From Camelus dromedarius (Eukaryota), in NCBI RefSeq assembly GCF_036321535.1, contig NC_087436.1, positions 50,532,001 through 50,596,000 of the forward strand: a stretch of 64,000 nt of DNA, written 5' to 3'. The notes beneath the pieces are model-generated. The model searched no databases. It saw only the letters and a list, made by a program, of their open reading frames with translations, and was not told the DNA's origin. Shown here piece by piece: positions 25,284 to 40,400 of this stretch; positions within the stretch are counted from its first letter, which is position 1, and each line of letters opens with the position of its first letter. The position numbers were made by a program, and so were the translations under genes.

Positions 25284-27453
25284 GTAGGTGGGCCAGACTG
25301 CACCCAGGTCCCCACTGCGGCTTCCGACGCGGGTCTGAGCCGGAGGAGTGGGTACTCGCTGCTCCTTCCGGCTCCGCTGCCTGAAACTCGGCCACTTACC
25401 TGCTTTGTGGCTCATTTCCTTATCTGTAAGTTGACGGGCCAGGATTAGAGGATCTAGAAGATACTTTCCAGGTGTGGGTCTCTTAAATTTATAACTCAGG
25501 CTCCCTGACGTTAAAGTCCTTGCTGCCTGTGCTGCACTGCCGTTCCCCAATCTGTGCGCCCCATCCCTCCCTTTTGAAGTCGTATCGGAAAGATCCTTAC
25601 TGGCAATCATCACAGTTAGTCATTTTACAGTTAACTGACTCTCTCTCCCTCTTTACTGTATACTCCTTGAGAACAAGGAGTAGTCTGTCTTGTTGCATTG
25701 TATTTGGTAGACCAAGACTTCATTCAGTCAATGACTGAATTCCACATTCAGAAGTGACTGATACTCATCAATATTGTTTTCTTTTAGTACAATGTACTGT
25801 ACTAAACTACTATCGTTGCCCTTGGATCTTACATTATAAAGGGGTAGACAGAAAATAAAGTAAAAAATATAGAATGTTAAGTGGTGATACTGGAGTAATA
25901 AATGCTATAGAGAAAGAGCAGGACGGGGAAGAAATGAAAATGAAGTATGTCTGTTTCACCAGTCTTGGGCCCTTACCCCATATTGTTAACACATTTTGTG
26001 TTTGAGAAATATTTGTTAAATATTACTGAGTGTTTAATAAGTGAGAATATCAAGATGAGGAATTTCCTATTTTTAAGAAGCTCATTAATGCATTAGAAGA
26101 CAGCTACATAAAGAAACTATTACATACTATATGTAAAATAGATAAACAACAAGTTCCTATGCTACAGCACAGGAAACTATTCAATACCTTGTAATAACCA
26201 ATTATGAAAAAGAATATATTTATGCACGACTGAATCACTATGCTGTACACTAGAAACTAACAACATTGTGTATCAACTATACTTAAGTAAAAAAAATTTT
26301 TTAAGAAACCATTGCAAATACATCATGACAAGTGTTATGATATATGAAGAATGTTTGCTAGAGGAGTCATTAGTCCTTAAATAAGATGACAGTTTAGGGG
26401 AGGGACAGGGCTAGTGCAGGAAACTCCTGATACTTTTCATGAATGAAAGAATAGTTAAGATACTTAATAGAAAAGTAAGTCAGGGTATTCCAGGAACAGA
26501 GACATTGAATCTGTTATGTTCAGGCGACATTCAGGTAGTTGATTTGTATGAAGTTAGGGTGTATATAAAAATTTAGAGGAAGATAAGTTTAAAGAGAAAA
26601 ATTATAGTGATCCAGGTCTCATGTGCCAAATTAAGGACTGCGGATGGTTTTTAAAGGTTTTAAGCAAGAAAACAGAATCGGAGTTGCATTTTGAATGTAT
26701 CTTTTCAGCTGCCAGTACTGGATAGGAAGGTGAGAGTGAAGAGTTTTACAAGGAAACTCCCATGAAAGTGCAGGAAGTCACTGAAACCCCATTTAAAACT
26801 GTTGAACCCTCCAAAGTGGATTTTCCACATTTATCTTATTTATGATATGAGTCATTATCATCTTTTAAAATATTCATAAGAAGATGAAATCTTTTAACTT
26901 ATCTTTCATATAACATAACCTCTATGACCAGTTAGACTAAAATGCAGTGTTTTTGTTCTTTTAGAGAAGAAGCACTTGGAAAAGACACTCAGGTTTACTG
27001 GAAAACTGACAATAATACTATTTATCAAGTTGATGGGAGTAAATCCTTCAATTTTGGTAAGTTTATAACAGCATCAAAAGTTAACCTGGTATCCTTTTTC
27101 TATTAGGAGTACAAAAGCCTTATGAATAATACTGGATTTGTCACTAAGGATCAGACTAAGCCTTCTATATAAACTGCTTCATTGGAAAATTGTTCATCCA
27201 TCATTATGATAACTAAGATAATAAATTGATATTTAAAGCATAGTTACAGTAAAAAGAAAATAAGTAAATAAAAAGTAAAACACAGTTATAATCATAGTGC
27301 ATTGTGACTAAGACTAACATTTTTCGTCTTAATCATTAGTGTACCTGAGGCCTAAAACTGTAAGCCCAAAATACATGGCTTAACATCATCATCTTTAAGA
27401 TCTTTCTTAGTCTGGTAAATTTTATACTTATTTTTTTCCTAGTCTGAGATAGA

Positions 27454-27484
<31 letters not shown>

Positions 27485-30400
27485 TTTAATAGAGATGCTA
27501 GGGATTGAACCCAGGACCTCATACATGCTAAGCATATGCTCTACCACCAAGCTGTACCCACCCCCTAGTTTGGTTTGGTTTTTTTTTTTCAGTTATTTTT
27601 CAGAAAACTTTAAAGAATAAATAGTGAAGCTATTCCTTGTTTGTTTGCTAGAAGAGAGCAGAGACCTACCCCTGCTTTTGTGGAGCTAATCGTATGGTGG
27701 AGAGAAAGGCTTTAAACAAGTAAACTTATGATGTGAAGTACACTTACACTTATGATGACATAAGCTTTGTGGGAGTTTATAGTGGAGATCTAACTAATCT
27801 AGGTATCTGAAATGGTACCACTTACACTGGGACCTGCAGGGTGAGTGAGAGCTAGCTTGTGACTAAAAGGGACTTGGAGACCCTAAAGGTTAATTAGGCT
27901 GATTTGTGGCATTAATTTAACATGTATATTGTACTGACAATGTGCCAGACACTGTTCTAAGCACTTCTTGTATATTAACTCATGAAATCCTCCTAACAAG
28001 CCTGTGTGTTAGGTACCTTCCCGTTTTAACGAGGAACTGAAGCAGAAAGGCCTGGAGTCACACAGCCAGCAAATGGAAAAGTCAGGCTCCAGATCTATGT
28101 TCCAGCCACACTACCGTGCTCCCACTTACTCCCACTGTAGAGCAACAGTGTCATCCTCTCAACAACCCTGGAAATAACAGTGATTAGGCTGTCAAATTTG
28201 TGTTAAACTAAAAAGCCACAAAGATGTGTAGAAGAAAAAATGACTCCTGGTAAAGGAATGTTTGACGATAGTAACATAATTTTTAAACGGTAATGTGCCA
28301 GAGATGATAACACCTAGATACTTAAGCCAACTCAGGTACCACAGATTCTCAGTAGTCATGTATGCCCACAAAGGATTTGGACTCATCCACCTATCTGAAG
28401 CAGGTAACATTAAGATTTGAATCATCCTACCATTTCTCCTTGCTCTGAAATCATGACCCCTAAGCAGCCTTCAGATGGCACTTTGGTTTTCCATATCATT
28501 CTGCCAACAGGACAGATATGTGATTGTGGTGCAAACAAGGTGATCACGGAATTTCTCATCTCAAGTCAATACATTTCCCTCCTAATTTACAAATCCACTT
28601 CTTGTGAGCTTTTTAATGTGAAGCCACCACTGAAAGAGTGGTCTATTTTTAATGTGCTAACAAGCAGAGAACCACATCCTGGACTAGTGAATTCATCAGG
28701 GTAAATGCTACCCTAAACCCAGCCTTCAGCAGCCAGCTATCTGGTCATTCTCTATAATGCTTCAGCTTTGGTCATACTTTTCTTCCAGATGTCTGCATTT
28801 CTTGGTTTAGTTTGAGTTAGGCATTCTTGCTAGGTATGTTAGAAGCATTAAAATTTCTCAAAGAATCCTAACAGTTCACATTTCCTAGGTATTAACCATA
28901 TGTTCACAATAATTCTGTGAGGAAGATAATACATATCCATTTTACAGATTAAGTCACTGAGGCACAGAGACATCAACCTCTTTGGCCAAAGTCACACAAC
29001 TTGTAAGTGGCAGAACCAGGATTTGCAGACTGTCTGATTCCAGACCCCCATATGAGCCACAATGCTCCACTACCTCTTGAAAGTACATAGGATAGCGGGC
29101 TTGTATTTTTTTCTGCATAAGGATCAATACATTTTACCTTAAAGAGAAGAGTATTTTCAGAAGATCAGTAAGTTGAAGAAAACACTGTGTCTTAAATATT
29201 TTAAACTACTATACCCTGACAATTTTATTTTAGCAACTACTAATTCAGAATGAAGATGCAGTTAATTTTTTTGGTTTAACTTATATGTAATTTTTTTTTA
29301 GATCGTGTCTTTCACAGTAATGAAACCACTAAAAATGTGTATGAAGAAATAGCAGTACCAATCATAGATTCTGCCATACAAGGCTACAATGGTGTGTATT
29401 CACTGCAGAAACATTTCAGTTTTGGGTGTCTGTTCAGCAAAGATTGATAGTTTCATACACTATAGATTCATTTTTAACCTTTGCATGTGTGCATTTTGGT
29501 TTTGCAGGTACCATATTTGCCTACGGGCAGACTGCTTCAGGAAAAACATACACGATGATGGGTTCACAAGATTACTTAGGAGTAATACCCAGGGCGATTC
29601 ATGACATTTTCCAAAAAATTAAGAAGGTAAATAACTTAGCTAAAGTTCTGGTACATGCAGGTAAAAGTAGCAATAATAGGATAGCAACCTTAGTATTCTC
29701 TTGTAAAGATGAAAGGAAGTAGATTTATAGTTACCTTTTGATTATCCATGAGGAAAGAAGGAAGGCATAGTATAGATTCATTTTTTCCCCAGAAACTTAC
29801 TTACAAGCTTAAAATTCTTTCATTCTTTTCCTTGAATCCTGAAACAATACTCCCACAAAAAAGTAGGCTTTAAGGAACAAGAAAATCTTATCAGAATGGT
29901 TAGGTCCTCATTGCCTTTGTTTAGTGATTATTAGGGAGCAGTAAAAAGCAGACTAGATACAAGATGAGGGAAGCAGAAGGCCAGAATAAGTGACCTAATT
30001 AATTAAACGTTGGTTTTAACTTAGTTTTTTCATCGTTATTTTGATGATTTGTAATGTTCTTAGTTGAATATATGTAGGTAGAGTTTTATTTTGAGGTTGG
30101 AGAGTTGGACAGCCTGCTCTCCTCTTCTGATTTTTTGATACTATACTTTTCATTATTTCTGAAACAGTCTTTTTGTTGTTGTTGTTTAACACCAGTATAG
30201 AACCACAGGGGGTGTTTTTTGTTTTATTTTTATTTGTTCTACAAAGATAATTTTTTGAAAGATAAATATACCACATGACTTCACTTATATGTGGAACCTC
30301 AAAAACAAAAATGAACAAAAGAGACTGATTCATAGATACAGAAAACAAACAGGTGGTTGTCAGAGGGGAGGGAGACTAGGGGTAATGAGAGAAATAGGTG

Positions 30401-31410
30401 AAGGAGATTCAGGGGGACAAACTGCCAGTTAGGAAATAAATGAGTCACAGGGATGAAGTATGTAGCATAGGGAATATAGTCAATAATAGTGTAACATCTT
30501 TGTATGGTGACAGATGGTAACTAGCCTTAACATGGTTTTGAAAGGTTTAGAAATATTGAATCACTACGTTATATACTAGGAATTAACATGGTGGGATAAG
30601 TCAACTATGCATCAATTTAAAAAATAAATAAAATTTTAAAAACATAATTTCTCAAAGAATATTTTAATATCTAATATTAGCACATAAGCATTCAGTATTA
30701 GATTTTCATAATTGGATGATCTCTGATGTATTCACATATTTTTTTCTTCTAGTTTCCTGATAGGGAATTTCTCTTACGTGTGTCTTACATGGAGATATAC
30801 AATGAAACGATTACAGACTTACTCTGTGACACTCAAAAAATGAAGCCTTTAATAATTCGGGAAGATTTCAATGTGAGTAACAGAAATAGAGTGGTTCATA
30901 AAATAGACTTACTGATGGGGATTATTTTCTTTAATATTTGCTTTTAATTTCTATATATTTTAGAGTGTCTCCTGTTACTATGGTTTATTTTCTATTTTCT
31001 TAAACATTTATAGAGATCATCTTTTAAGTAACATGTACAGTTTTTAAATATTGACAACTGTAATATTTTGGTGTAAGTGCCTAAGAAGAGCAAGGTAGAA
31101 GTATCAGGTTAGAATTTGGTGTGCTTTAGTATAGGAAATAAATTGTAAATATCATAGATTAACTTGTTATTTTCATACAGAGTAATAATCCCCATTTTCC
31201 ACTCTTAACTTCCGTAAATGAATTGTCATAGTTTGCACTTTCTTTTTGAAATGCAAACTTCTAAATGACTTCTCTAATTTCTCTACTTTTCCCATAATTT
31301 AACTTGTTTCAGAGGAATGTGTATGTGGCCGATCTCACAGAAGAAGTTGTTTATACATCTGAAATGGCTTTGAAGTGGATCACAAAGGGAGAAAGTAAGA
31401 CTTTATATTT

Positions 31411-31482
<72 letters not shown>

Positions 31483-34400
31483 TCAATTTTTGGGCTGGTG
31501 GTAATTAGGTTTACTTTATTTTTTGATGGAGGTACTGGGGATTGAACACACAAACTTATGCATGCTGGGCATACACTCTATCACTGAGCTACCCACTCCC
31601 CTCATACTATATTTCTTCAAAACACTTGTAAAAACTATTTAACTGAATGTATTTAGGCTTTAAACCACCCTTTTCACTTTTAAGGTAAAATAATAGTGTT
31701 TTTCTTTGGATTTTAATACATGCAGCTGAAGTATGAATTTGTTTTACAGAGAACAGGCATTATGGAATTACAAAGATGAATCAAAGAAGTAGTCGTTCTC
31801 ATACCATTTTTAGGATGGTAGGTAATTCTCTCTATATTTGGTCTTTCCAATTAAGAATGCACTAATTTTTCTACAAGTTGCCTTTTCTTTCTAGATTTTG
31901 GAAAGTAGAGAGAAAGGTGAACCTTCTAATTTTGAAGGATCTGTCAAGGTGTCCCATTTGGTGAGTATTAAGGAACCATGATAATGTCGTATACGGGCCA
32001 AAGCAAAATTTATTTAGCTTCTGGATGTTTGGTTTCATATGAACTGTTAACTAATTGGCAAAAGCATCTATAAATTAGTAGTTTCATCTCGTCAGTAGCA
32101 TGAAATTACTAGCTGAAATGTAGGAAGAGTTCAGAGGATCTTACTTCCTGTTACATTATGGCTGCCGTCTCCTCAACTTGAGATGTATGAACTGTAGGAG
32201 TTGAGGCTTTTCCTAACCAGTAGTGAAGGAAGTGTTGGTTCCATGCACATTAAAGAGTTAATCTTAGAATTTGGGGTGATTTTTGTGTGTTTGTTTGTAT
32301 GTTGGGGGTTTTAAGAGGGTTTTTTGGTCTCAACCAATAGAACTGAGACTTGTGAAATGAGCAAAAATCTGGGTGAGATGGTTAAAAAAATAAATCACAT
32401 TATTCAAGTTCATTCTTAAGTATGATAAGAAAATTAGTTTTATGTTATAAGCACTGTTTTAAACTGTAAATCCCTTGAAGGGAAGAGTGATATCTCCTTC
32501 ATCTTTGTAGCCCTAACACATTGTACATAGTTTATATTCAATACCCTTTTGTTGAGTAAGTGAATATAGCATTATGCACACATTCCTTTTTTCCACATAA
32601 GTAAACCTCCCAGTTCCTTCTTGCTGCACCATATCATTTCTCTTTTTTTGTTGTGGGATATGATTTAAGATTACTCTATTTGATTTATGATTTAAGATTA
32701 CTCTATTTGATTTGAAAACTTAAGGGGAAAAGGCAATAAATCTATAATATGTTTATTTACTTTCAGATTTTGAAAAATCGGTCTTAATTAAATGACTAGT
32801 TCCAGTTTACCTCCTTTATTTTACTATACAAGTATAACATTTCTTTTAGTAGACTAGTCTTGCTTTAATTTAACAACAACAGAAATATAAAAATTAACTT
32901 CTGTTTTGTTTTCCAAACCTAGCCTGTGTTATATCACTACAATTTTGACTTCTCTCTTAATAATTTAGCTTTAATATTCTTGATGTACTCAGTGATCTGT
33001 TTGGTGTCTTTTCTCATATTCTTTGATGCCCTGTCATCTAAGGACCATAAATACCATCTGGTCCAACCCCTCCAGCTTCCCTACTTACTCTAAGTATCTT
33101 CTTGGAAAGAAATCTTCCCCAAAGAGTCATTTTCTTACTCTTTGGAGGTGGTCTTTGAGTGTCTCCTGTTCTTTCTGGGATAATAACATCCAGGTGCTCT
33201 TAGCTCTGCTCCTTCTCTATTCCCTTTTGTGGCTTCTTTCCTCCTACCCTCCTAACCAAGACACAAGAGTGTTCTGTGGCCTTTTTCCCATGTTTGCCGT
33301 CAGACATTGCTATCATTTCTGTGTTGATGGTGGCCAAATATTTACTATTTCTGAAGCCTCTGAGTTCTAATTCAGGTCTTCCTAAAGATTGACCCACTGT
33401 TATCTCCAACTTCAGTGGGTCTAAAACCAAATTAATTTCTTCCTATCATAGTGAATATTCTTTTTTTCAGTAGCACCAGCATTATCCTGGTCACCGAGGC
33501 TGGAAACCCAAGTCAATTTTGACTCATTTTGTTCCTGCCTTCCCTTTTGTCCAGTCACCACCGTTTTGTACTGATTCCACTTTTCATTATTCCTATGGGT
33601 GTCATATTCACTTAGGTCCTCATCTGTCTTGAATTACTCTATCCTTCTCCTGAGCCTAGTCTCCAGGACTAGTCTTTCCTTCTTCAGCCTGTTATGCAGA
33701 TTTCTAATGTTACCAAGCACTGCTTTTGTTGTGGCACCTCGCTGGACAAGATCTGGCCACTGTTAACCGATCTTCCCTTTCTTCTGTTCCATCCTGAGTT
33801 CCTCTCTTACAGGTAGATTGAGCTTCTTAGGGCCTTGGATGGAGCACTAATGCTTGTTCCTTAATTCATGCTGCCTTCATCACACTTTGCCCTTTTATTA
33901 TGTATCTGGGTCTTTTGTAGTAGATACTATATAACGAAGATTAGACTTTGAGTATTTTAGAGAAAGCAGTATCTGAGATAGGACTGTAAAGCAGGAGTAC
34001 ATGATTACCTGCCCATGCCTCGGTGTCTCCACAGAGAGAAGTAATTTAAGTCTCTGACTTTCTTTTAATGCATTAAGAATATTTGCTGAGACTTTACCAA
34101 ATGTTGAACACAGTCCTGGGCTCTCAGATTAAAATAATAAAGAAGACATCCCTCTATTACTTACTGTCTCCACTACAGCCTCCTAGCCCAAGCCACCGTC
34201 ATCTCTCACTTAGGGTCCTGCACCAGCCTCCTTCCTGGGCTCCCTGCTGTCACTCTTGCTCCTCTCCAGTTTGTTCTCCACCCAGGGGCCACAGTTGATC
34301 CTTCAGAAAGTTAAATCAAGATATGTCAGTCTTTTGCTTAAAGCCCTCTCCTGGCTCCCTACTGCATTTATAAAATCCGGAGTTCTTACCCTTGCTTACA

Positions 34401-37400
34401 AAGCCCTGCATAATCTGACACCTACCTAATTCTGTTACCCTCTGTTGTCCATCTCCACTTCACCAACTCTGCCATGCTGCCCTTTCTATTTTATGAACAC
34501 ACCAAGCTCATCTCTCCTTTGTGAGTGGGTGTACTGGCTGTTCTTTTAATTGAGAATATGTTTCCCTTGGTCTTGCAGGGCTGGCTCCATCCTCTCTGAC
34601 ATTCCAGATCTTAGCATAATGGGAGCCCTTCCCCTGCCACCCAATCCAAAGAACCTATACTGTCCCTTCTTCCCCCTTCCAGGACTCTATTTAAATCATC
34701 TCTGTTTACTTACCATGATTTGTTTCTTATCTGTTTGTCTTTTTTTCCTCCTCTCACCAACTTCCTCCTCTCCTTATCCCACTCCGTGTAGAATATAAGC
34801 TCTCTGAGGGCAGGGACCTTATTTGTCAGGTTCACTCCTGTATTCCTAGCACCTAACATACTGCCTGGAACATAACAGGCAGTCACTTTTTCAACAGTAT
34901 TTGTGAAGTGAAAGAGAGGTCCACGCTTTTAAAGATGTTACCATGTAGTCAGAACAAATGACTAGCTTCACACAGTAAGTGCTGTAATAAGTCATCTAAT
35001 GACCTCTGGGTACACAGTCGAAAGAGCAATTTATTCAAGGTGCAGGAGGAACAAGGGCAAAGTCAGCAAAGCTACGTTGAGCGGGTCATTTGCTTTTGGT
35101 CCTGAGTAAAGACTAGGGGCAGACTAGAGCATTAGAAGTAACAAAGAGAAATGGAAAAAGGTAGCGCTTGGCAGTGAAGCAGCACATGAGGTGTTCAGGA
35201 TGTAGTGAGCAGTTTGTCTCTGTCAATGAGTAGATACAAGGTGGGAGCAGCACAAGTGCTGGAATCACATTCACCAGGATAAGGTTTTGAACTCTGTGTT
35301 GGAAATAGAGATCCTATTCTGGCAGCATTATGGAGAGTATGTTACAAGGGAGAAAAAGGTTTAGAGGTCAGTTTGACACAGGAAGGCTTCAGCAGTGGGG
35401 TGAAGGTGAACTATGTGTTTAAAATGTCCTATCAGTAGTTCGGTTTTTATCTCAAGTACCCTTCCTAACGGTTTATTTTCAACTGTCTTACAGAATTTGG
35501 TTGATCTTGCAGGCAGTGAAAGAGCTGCTCAAACAGGCGCTGAAGGTAATGAAAACTCATGCAATATATCAGTCTGAGTGTCTTCCTGTTCCTTCACAGA
35601 ATAAATGTGCTACCGTGCATTTTAGAAACTGATAAAGTAATGATAATAATTTTGTGATAAAAGTCCTTAGTGTAGGAAACAGCTTTTGCATCTGGCTAAT
35701 TATCTAATTTAGGCTACTACAGCATCAATTAACAAACTAAAACTATACATTTGTTGGGATTGCATAGCTGGAAACTCATGAGGATACCATGACAACCATC
35801 TAATTCTTCATTATCATTAAGAAAATTCAGAACAATAATGGGGTACAAAATTAATATACAGACATGAATAATTCTTATAATACAAACAACCAGTTAGAAT
35901 ATTTAGTAAAAAGGCTCAGTTTACAATAATGGCTTAAGAAATATAATACCTAGGAAAAAGCTTGACAAAAATCGCACAAGATCAAAATAAAGAAAACTTC
36001 AAAACATACCTGAAGGATGTAAGCAAATCCTTAAACAAACGGAAAAACATACTTAGATGGGAAGGTACAAAATCATAGATGGGAAGGTACAAAATCATAA
36101 AGTGTCAAGCCTCTCTTGCAGCTTGACACAAAGCTGAGTGTGGTTGATATCCACTAAACCAGTGGATCTTCAGACCTATGAATGGGAAATAAATGCTTAT
36201 TGTTTTAAACTGTCTTGTTAAGCAGCATTGTTACAGCAATAGATGAATAGTGTCCCTGTGAAATAACAGCTGTTCAAAGTTATTTGCTGCAGTATGTTTT
36301 GTATACATGGTAGATTGAACACCTATGTATCCTGCAACAGGATGCTGGGTAAGTAAATTCTGATATAGCCATACAATGAAATTCTATGATATAAAAAAGA
36401 ATGAAAAAGACCAGTGTTTATTGATATGAAATGTAATATACTGCCAAGTAAAAATAGTGAAATGTGAAATAGTGTGCTACTATTTGTCTAAAAAAGAAAG
36501 GAGAGAATAAATATATATGAACTTGTATTTCTAAAAATCTCTGGAAGAATAAATAATAAATGTGGTTTCCTAGTAGAGAGGACAAGAACTGGTTGAATGG
36601 GGCATAAAAGTGGGAGAGAGCTTTTTCAGAGTTGTTTTTTTTTTTTAATGTTAGAGTCATGTGAGCATATTAATAATTTAAAAATGAGAACTTTTTTGGT
36701 TGTGAGCCTATAGGAACTATTTTGGTTATAAGTCTATAGTTACCTATATTTGGAGGTTTGAAAAAATAAATTTGAACAGAAAAATTAGAGGGTCTTTTTT
36801 AGGAAATGGGCATTTCTTCCCTGTCATTCATTTCATAGTCATCTTTTTCAGTTTTCTGTTTCTCCTGGGTGATAACTTTTCTGATTCACCCAGTAGGTGG
36901 GAAGAATAAGGAGAGAGCTCCTCTACCAGTGGTATTAAAGGTGGACTCAGATCTAGTCCAAAGCGTAGACTTTAGCATCGGACCCTTTAATTTCTACTTT
37001 CGCTCATAATTTACTGATAAATAAGTTCATCATCCAATACAGGCATCGATTTTAGTTTTTATATTTGTTTAATAAATGCAGGTTTGCGTCTCAAGGAAGG
37101 CTGTAATATAAATCGAAGCTTATTTATTTTGGGACAAGTGATCAAGAAACTTAGTGATGGACAAGTTGGGTAAGTTTATTGCACTCTATATTTACCTATT
37201 AATGGTTATGTTTTCATTTGGTCAAAAACATATTTTAGTGACACTCAAATAAATGTACTTATTTCTTTTATATCTTCAAAAGCTTCGTGATTCTGTGAGC
37301 ATACATGGCTTTTTATACAGATGATTGTGTCCTACTAAATGTACTTTCTATTTTAAATATTTTTTAGTTAGTAGTTTTGATCTGCCTCATGTAACCTGTA

Positions 37401-40400
37401 AAGAATTAATTTTTATAACTGTAGCTATTTTAAGGTTCTACTTTAAAAAGTATTTTGTTACATAAAAATTCTTACTCTTTTTCTTCCCAAACTCATTTCT
37501 CACTCAGCGGTTTCATAAATTATCGAGATAGCAAATTAACACGAATTCTCCAGAATTCTTTGGGAGGAAATGCAAAAACACGTATTATATGCACAATTAC
37601 TCCAGTGTCTTTTGATGAAACCCTTACTACTCTCCAGGTAAGTTTGATTTTTATCTCAACTTAATATGGGGGTAAATCATCTTTAAGAAGAAAAAGAAAA
37701 TCTATTAAAAATAAGTATATATAGTTTTTAAATTGGCATAGCATATCTATTAAAACAAAATTGATGTGTTGTCTACTAGATAGCATTCCTTAATTTTCCC
37801 AAAACTCAATCATTTATATCCCACCTCCACAATTCTTGCCACATCCAACACTATTTTACTGAAATTGACTTGGCGTCCTTCTTTTAAAACTCACTTTTTC
37901 ACTTAGCTGATTATGAAAGGACACTTTATATCAGTCCCATAAATGAAAAACTAGTATCACCTGCAACAAATTGGGGACCCCAAAAACATGAGTGTTCATA
38001 ACAAAATAATTCTTAAACTCCTACTAGTGAATTGTTGTCTGCCTTTGCACTGAGCTACGGCCTGCATTTTCTGTTTTAAAAAAAGGGAAGGGGATATATG
38101 AATTGTCAATAGAATAGCTGTTTCAGTGAAGGATTCAATATATATAAAGGTCACTTTCATGTACCCACTTAAAATCACTTCTGATACTCACACTCTAAGC
38201 AACATTGCTTAGAATAGCTATTGAGCACGAATCAGGGTACCGTCAGAGAAACAAAGATAGAAATACAGTCCCTGGCTCCACAGAATATATAGTACTTTAG
38301 GGAAGGTAAGACCTGTCTTCCAACATGATTGCCTTGGATTGATACTTAAGTGGCTAATAAGTGGGACAGAGTTCAAAGAAAGGAGAGAGGCTTTTGACTA
38401 CAGCATTATAGGCATGGTTACAGAGACACAGAATGCTCTCTGTATTAAAAAAGTATTAAGCCACTTGGGAAGAGTGCTGATTTTTCTTTATAAAACTTAA
38501 TTACAAGAAACCCAAATATTATTAATTTAATTAATTTTTGTATGTTTTGAGCATGTAACACTTGTATTTTTTCCCAGTTTGCCAGCACTGCTAAATATAT
38601 GAAGAATACTCCTTATGTTAATGAGGTATCAAGTGATGAAGCTCTCCTGAAAAGATACAGAAAAGAAATCATGGATCTTAAAAAGCAGTTAGAGGAGGTA
38701 TGTGTGAATCATGGGACAGATTTAGACTTGAGATCTGCCTAAATTTAGCCCAGAGACTTTTTAGTCATCCATACTTGAGTTCTGCGACCTAAATTTAAAA
38801 CAAATAGTTTTCAACTAAGAAGAAATCAACTGATAAAAATTTTAGTTTAATTTACTATAAACTGAAAGATTTGGTTTCTTGGAATTATTTTAGATTTTGT
38901 TGTTCGTCTTCAAAGGGCAAAATTTGAGATTTTTCAAATGGGCCAAGTAGAGATAGTTTTTTTGAATTGTCACAAATACATAGGGGGAAAAATACATAGG
39001 GAACAGGTTAAAAAAGAGAGACCGTGTATAGTTACTTAAAACTACTTTCTATAGTTTCACGTTATCTTGAATTCCTCTTCTAACCCTGAGATAGCAATCT
39101 AATAAGATAGCATAATCACTTTCATTATAATTTGTTTTAACCACTACGGTCCCCTATTTTGTATAAATCTTGCATTTTAGTGATCTTTTTAAAAATGAGC
39201 TAAAATATCAATTGGGAGTCTTAAGACAAAATCTCTTCCTTTGCTATAGGTATTCAAGTCTCTGCTTTTATGACTTCTCTGCCTACTATTGATATATTTT
39301 AGAGCTATTACTAGTGTTTCTTTAACAGCATTGTTATAATCTTATACATGGCACATAGAATAGTGACATGAAAAGAAATGTATATTTTATTTTTAGTTTG
39401 AGAAATTACTGATTGTGGTAACTGCATATAGGTGTTCTGCACATAGGATATATTTTATTTCAACGAAATTAAAATTCAGTTCACATACAAATTTCTATTC
39501 TGTTCTTTTAACCTACTTCAAGGTTTTAAAACCTAGCTATATTTATTATTAACATAACCCAATATATTCTGTAGGTTTCTTTAGAGACAAGGGCCCAGGC
39601 AATGGAAAAAGACCAATTGGCCCAGCTTTTGGAAGAAAAAGATCTACTTCAAAAAGTGCAGATTGAGAAAATTCAAAACTTAACACGGATGCTGGTGACC
39701 TCTTCTTCCCTCACATCACAACAGGAATTAAAGGTAAGATTTTAAAGATGACAGCTTAAACTTAGTGTACAGAGAATAGAACAGATATTCCTTTATGTTT
39801 ATTATATAGTTATGCATTTCTTATCCTTTGATACAGTATATTCAAGAAACCCAGAACTTTTTGTTCATTTGCCTGCATAGCAACAAAACATCTAAGAGAA
39901 GAGTTTCATTAAAAATACCAATCCCTACTGTAGAGATCCTAATTCAAGGATTCAAGCTTACTGTCTTATGTTTTCTTCTAGGAGTTTTATGGTTTCGAGT
40001 GTTAACATTCAGGTCTTTAATCCAGTTTGAGTTGGTTTTTGTGTATGGTATAAGATAATGGTCTAGTTTTATTCTTTTGTGTATGGCTATCCAACTTTTC
40101 CAACATCATTTACTGAAGAAACTGTCCTTTCCCCATTGTATATTCCTGTCTCCTTTGTTGTAAAGTAACTGATGATATATGTGTGGGGTTTATATCTCGG
40201 CTCTCTATTCTGCTCCATTGGTCTATGTGTCTGGGTTTTTTTTTTGTTTGGTTGGTTGGTTGGATTTTTTTGTTGTTGTTTTTGGTTTTGTGGGTTTTTT
40301 TGGCAATACCGTACATACTGTTCTGATTACTATAGCTTTGTAATATGGTCTGAAATCAGGAAGCATGATGCCTCTAGCTTGGCTCTTTTTCAAGATTGTT

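Larger units (their letters stand above)
24940..25400. promoter_or_regulatory. CpG island / CENPE promoter
   Basis: Only CpG-dense, GC-rich stretch in an otherwise AT-rich, CpG-depleted window; spans exon 1. Confidence 0.9.

Noticed and set aside
24843..25613. Long overlapping ORFs (201, 155, 92 and 84 aa) at the promoter
   Set aside because: Expected stop-codon scarcity in a GC-rich CpG island; no recognisable domain, and the real start is ATG 25228
39575..39733. Exon 13 is also 159 nt
   Set aside because: No visible similarity to exons 24, 26 or 28; treated as coincidence
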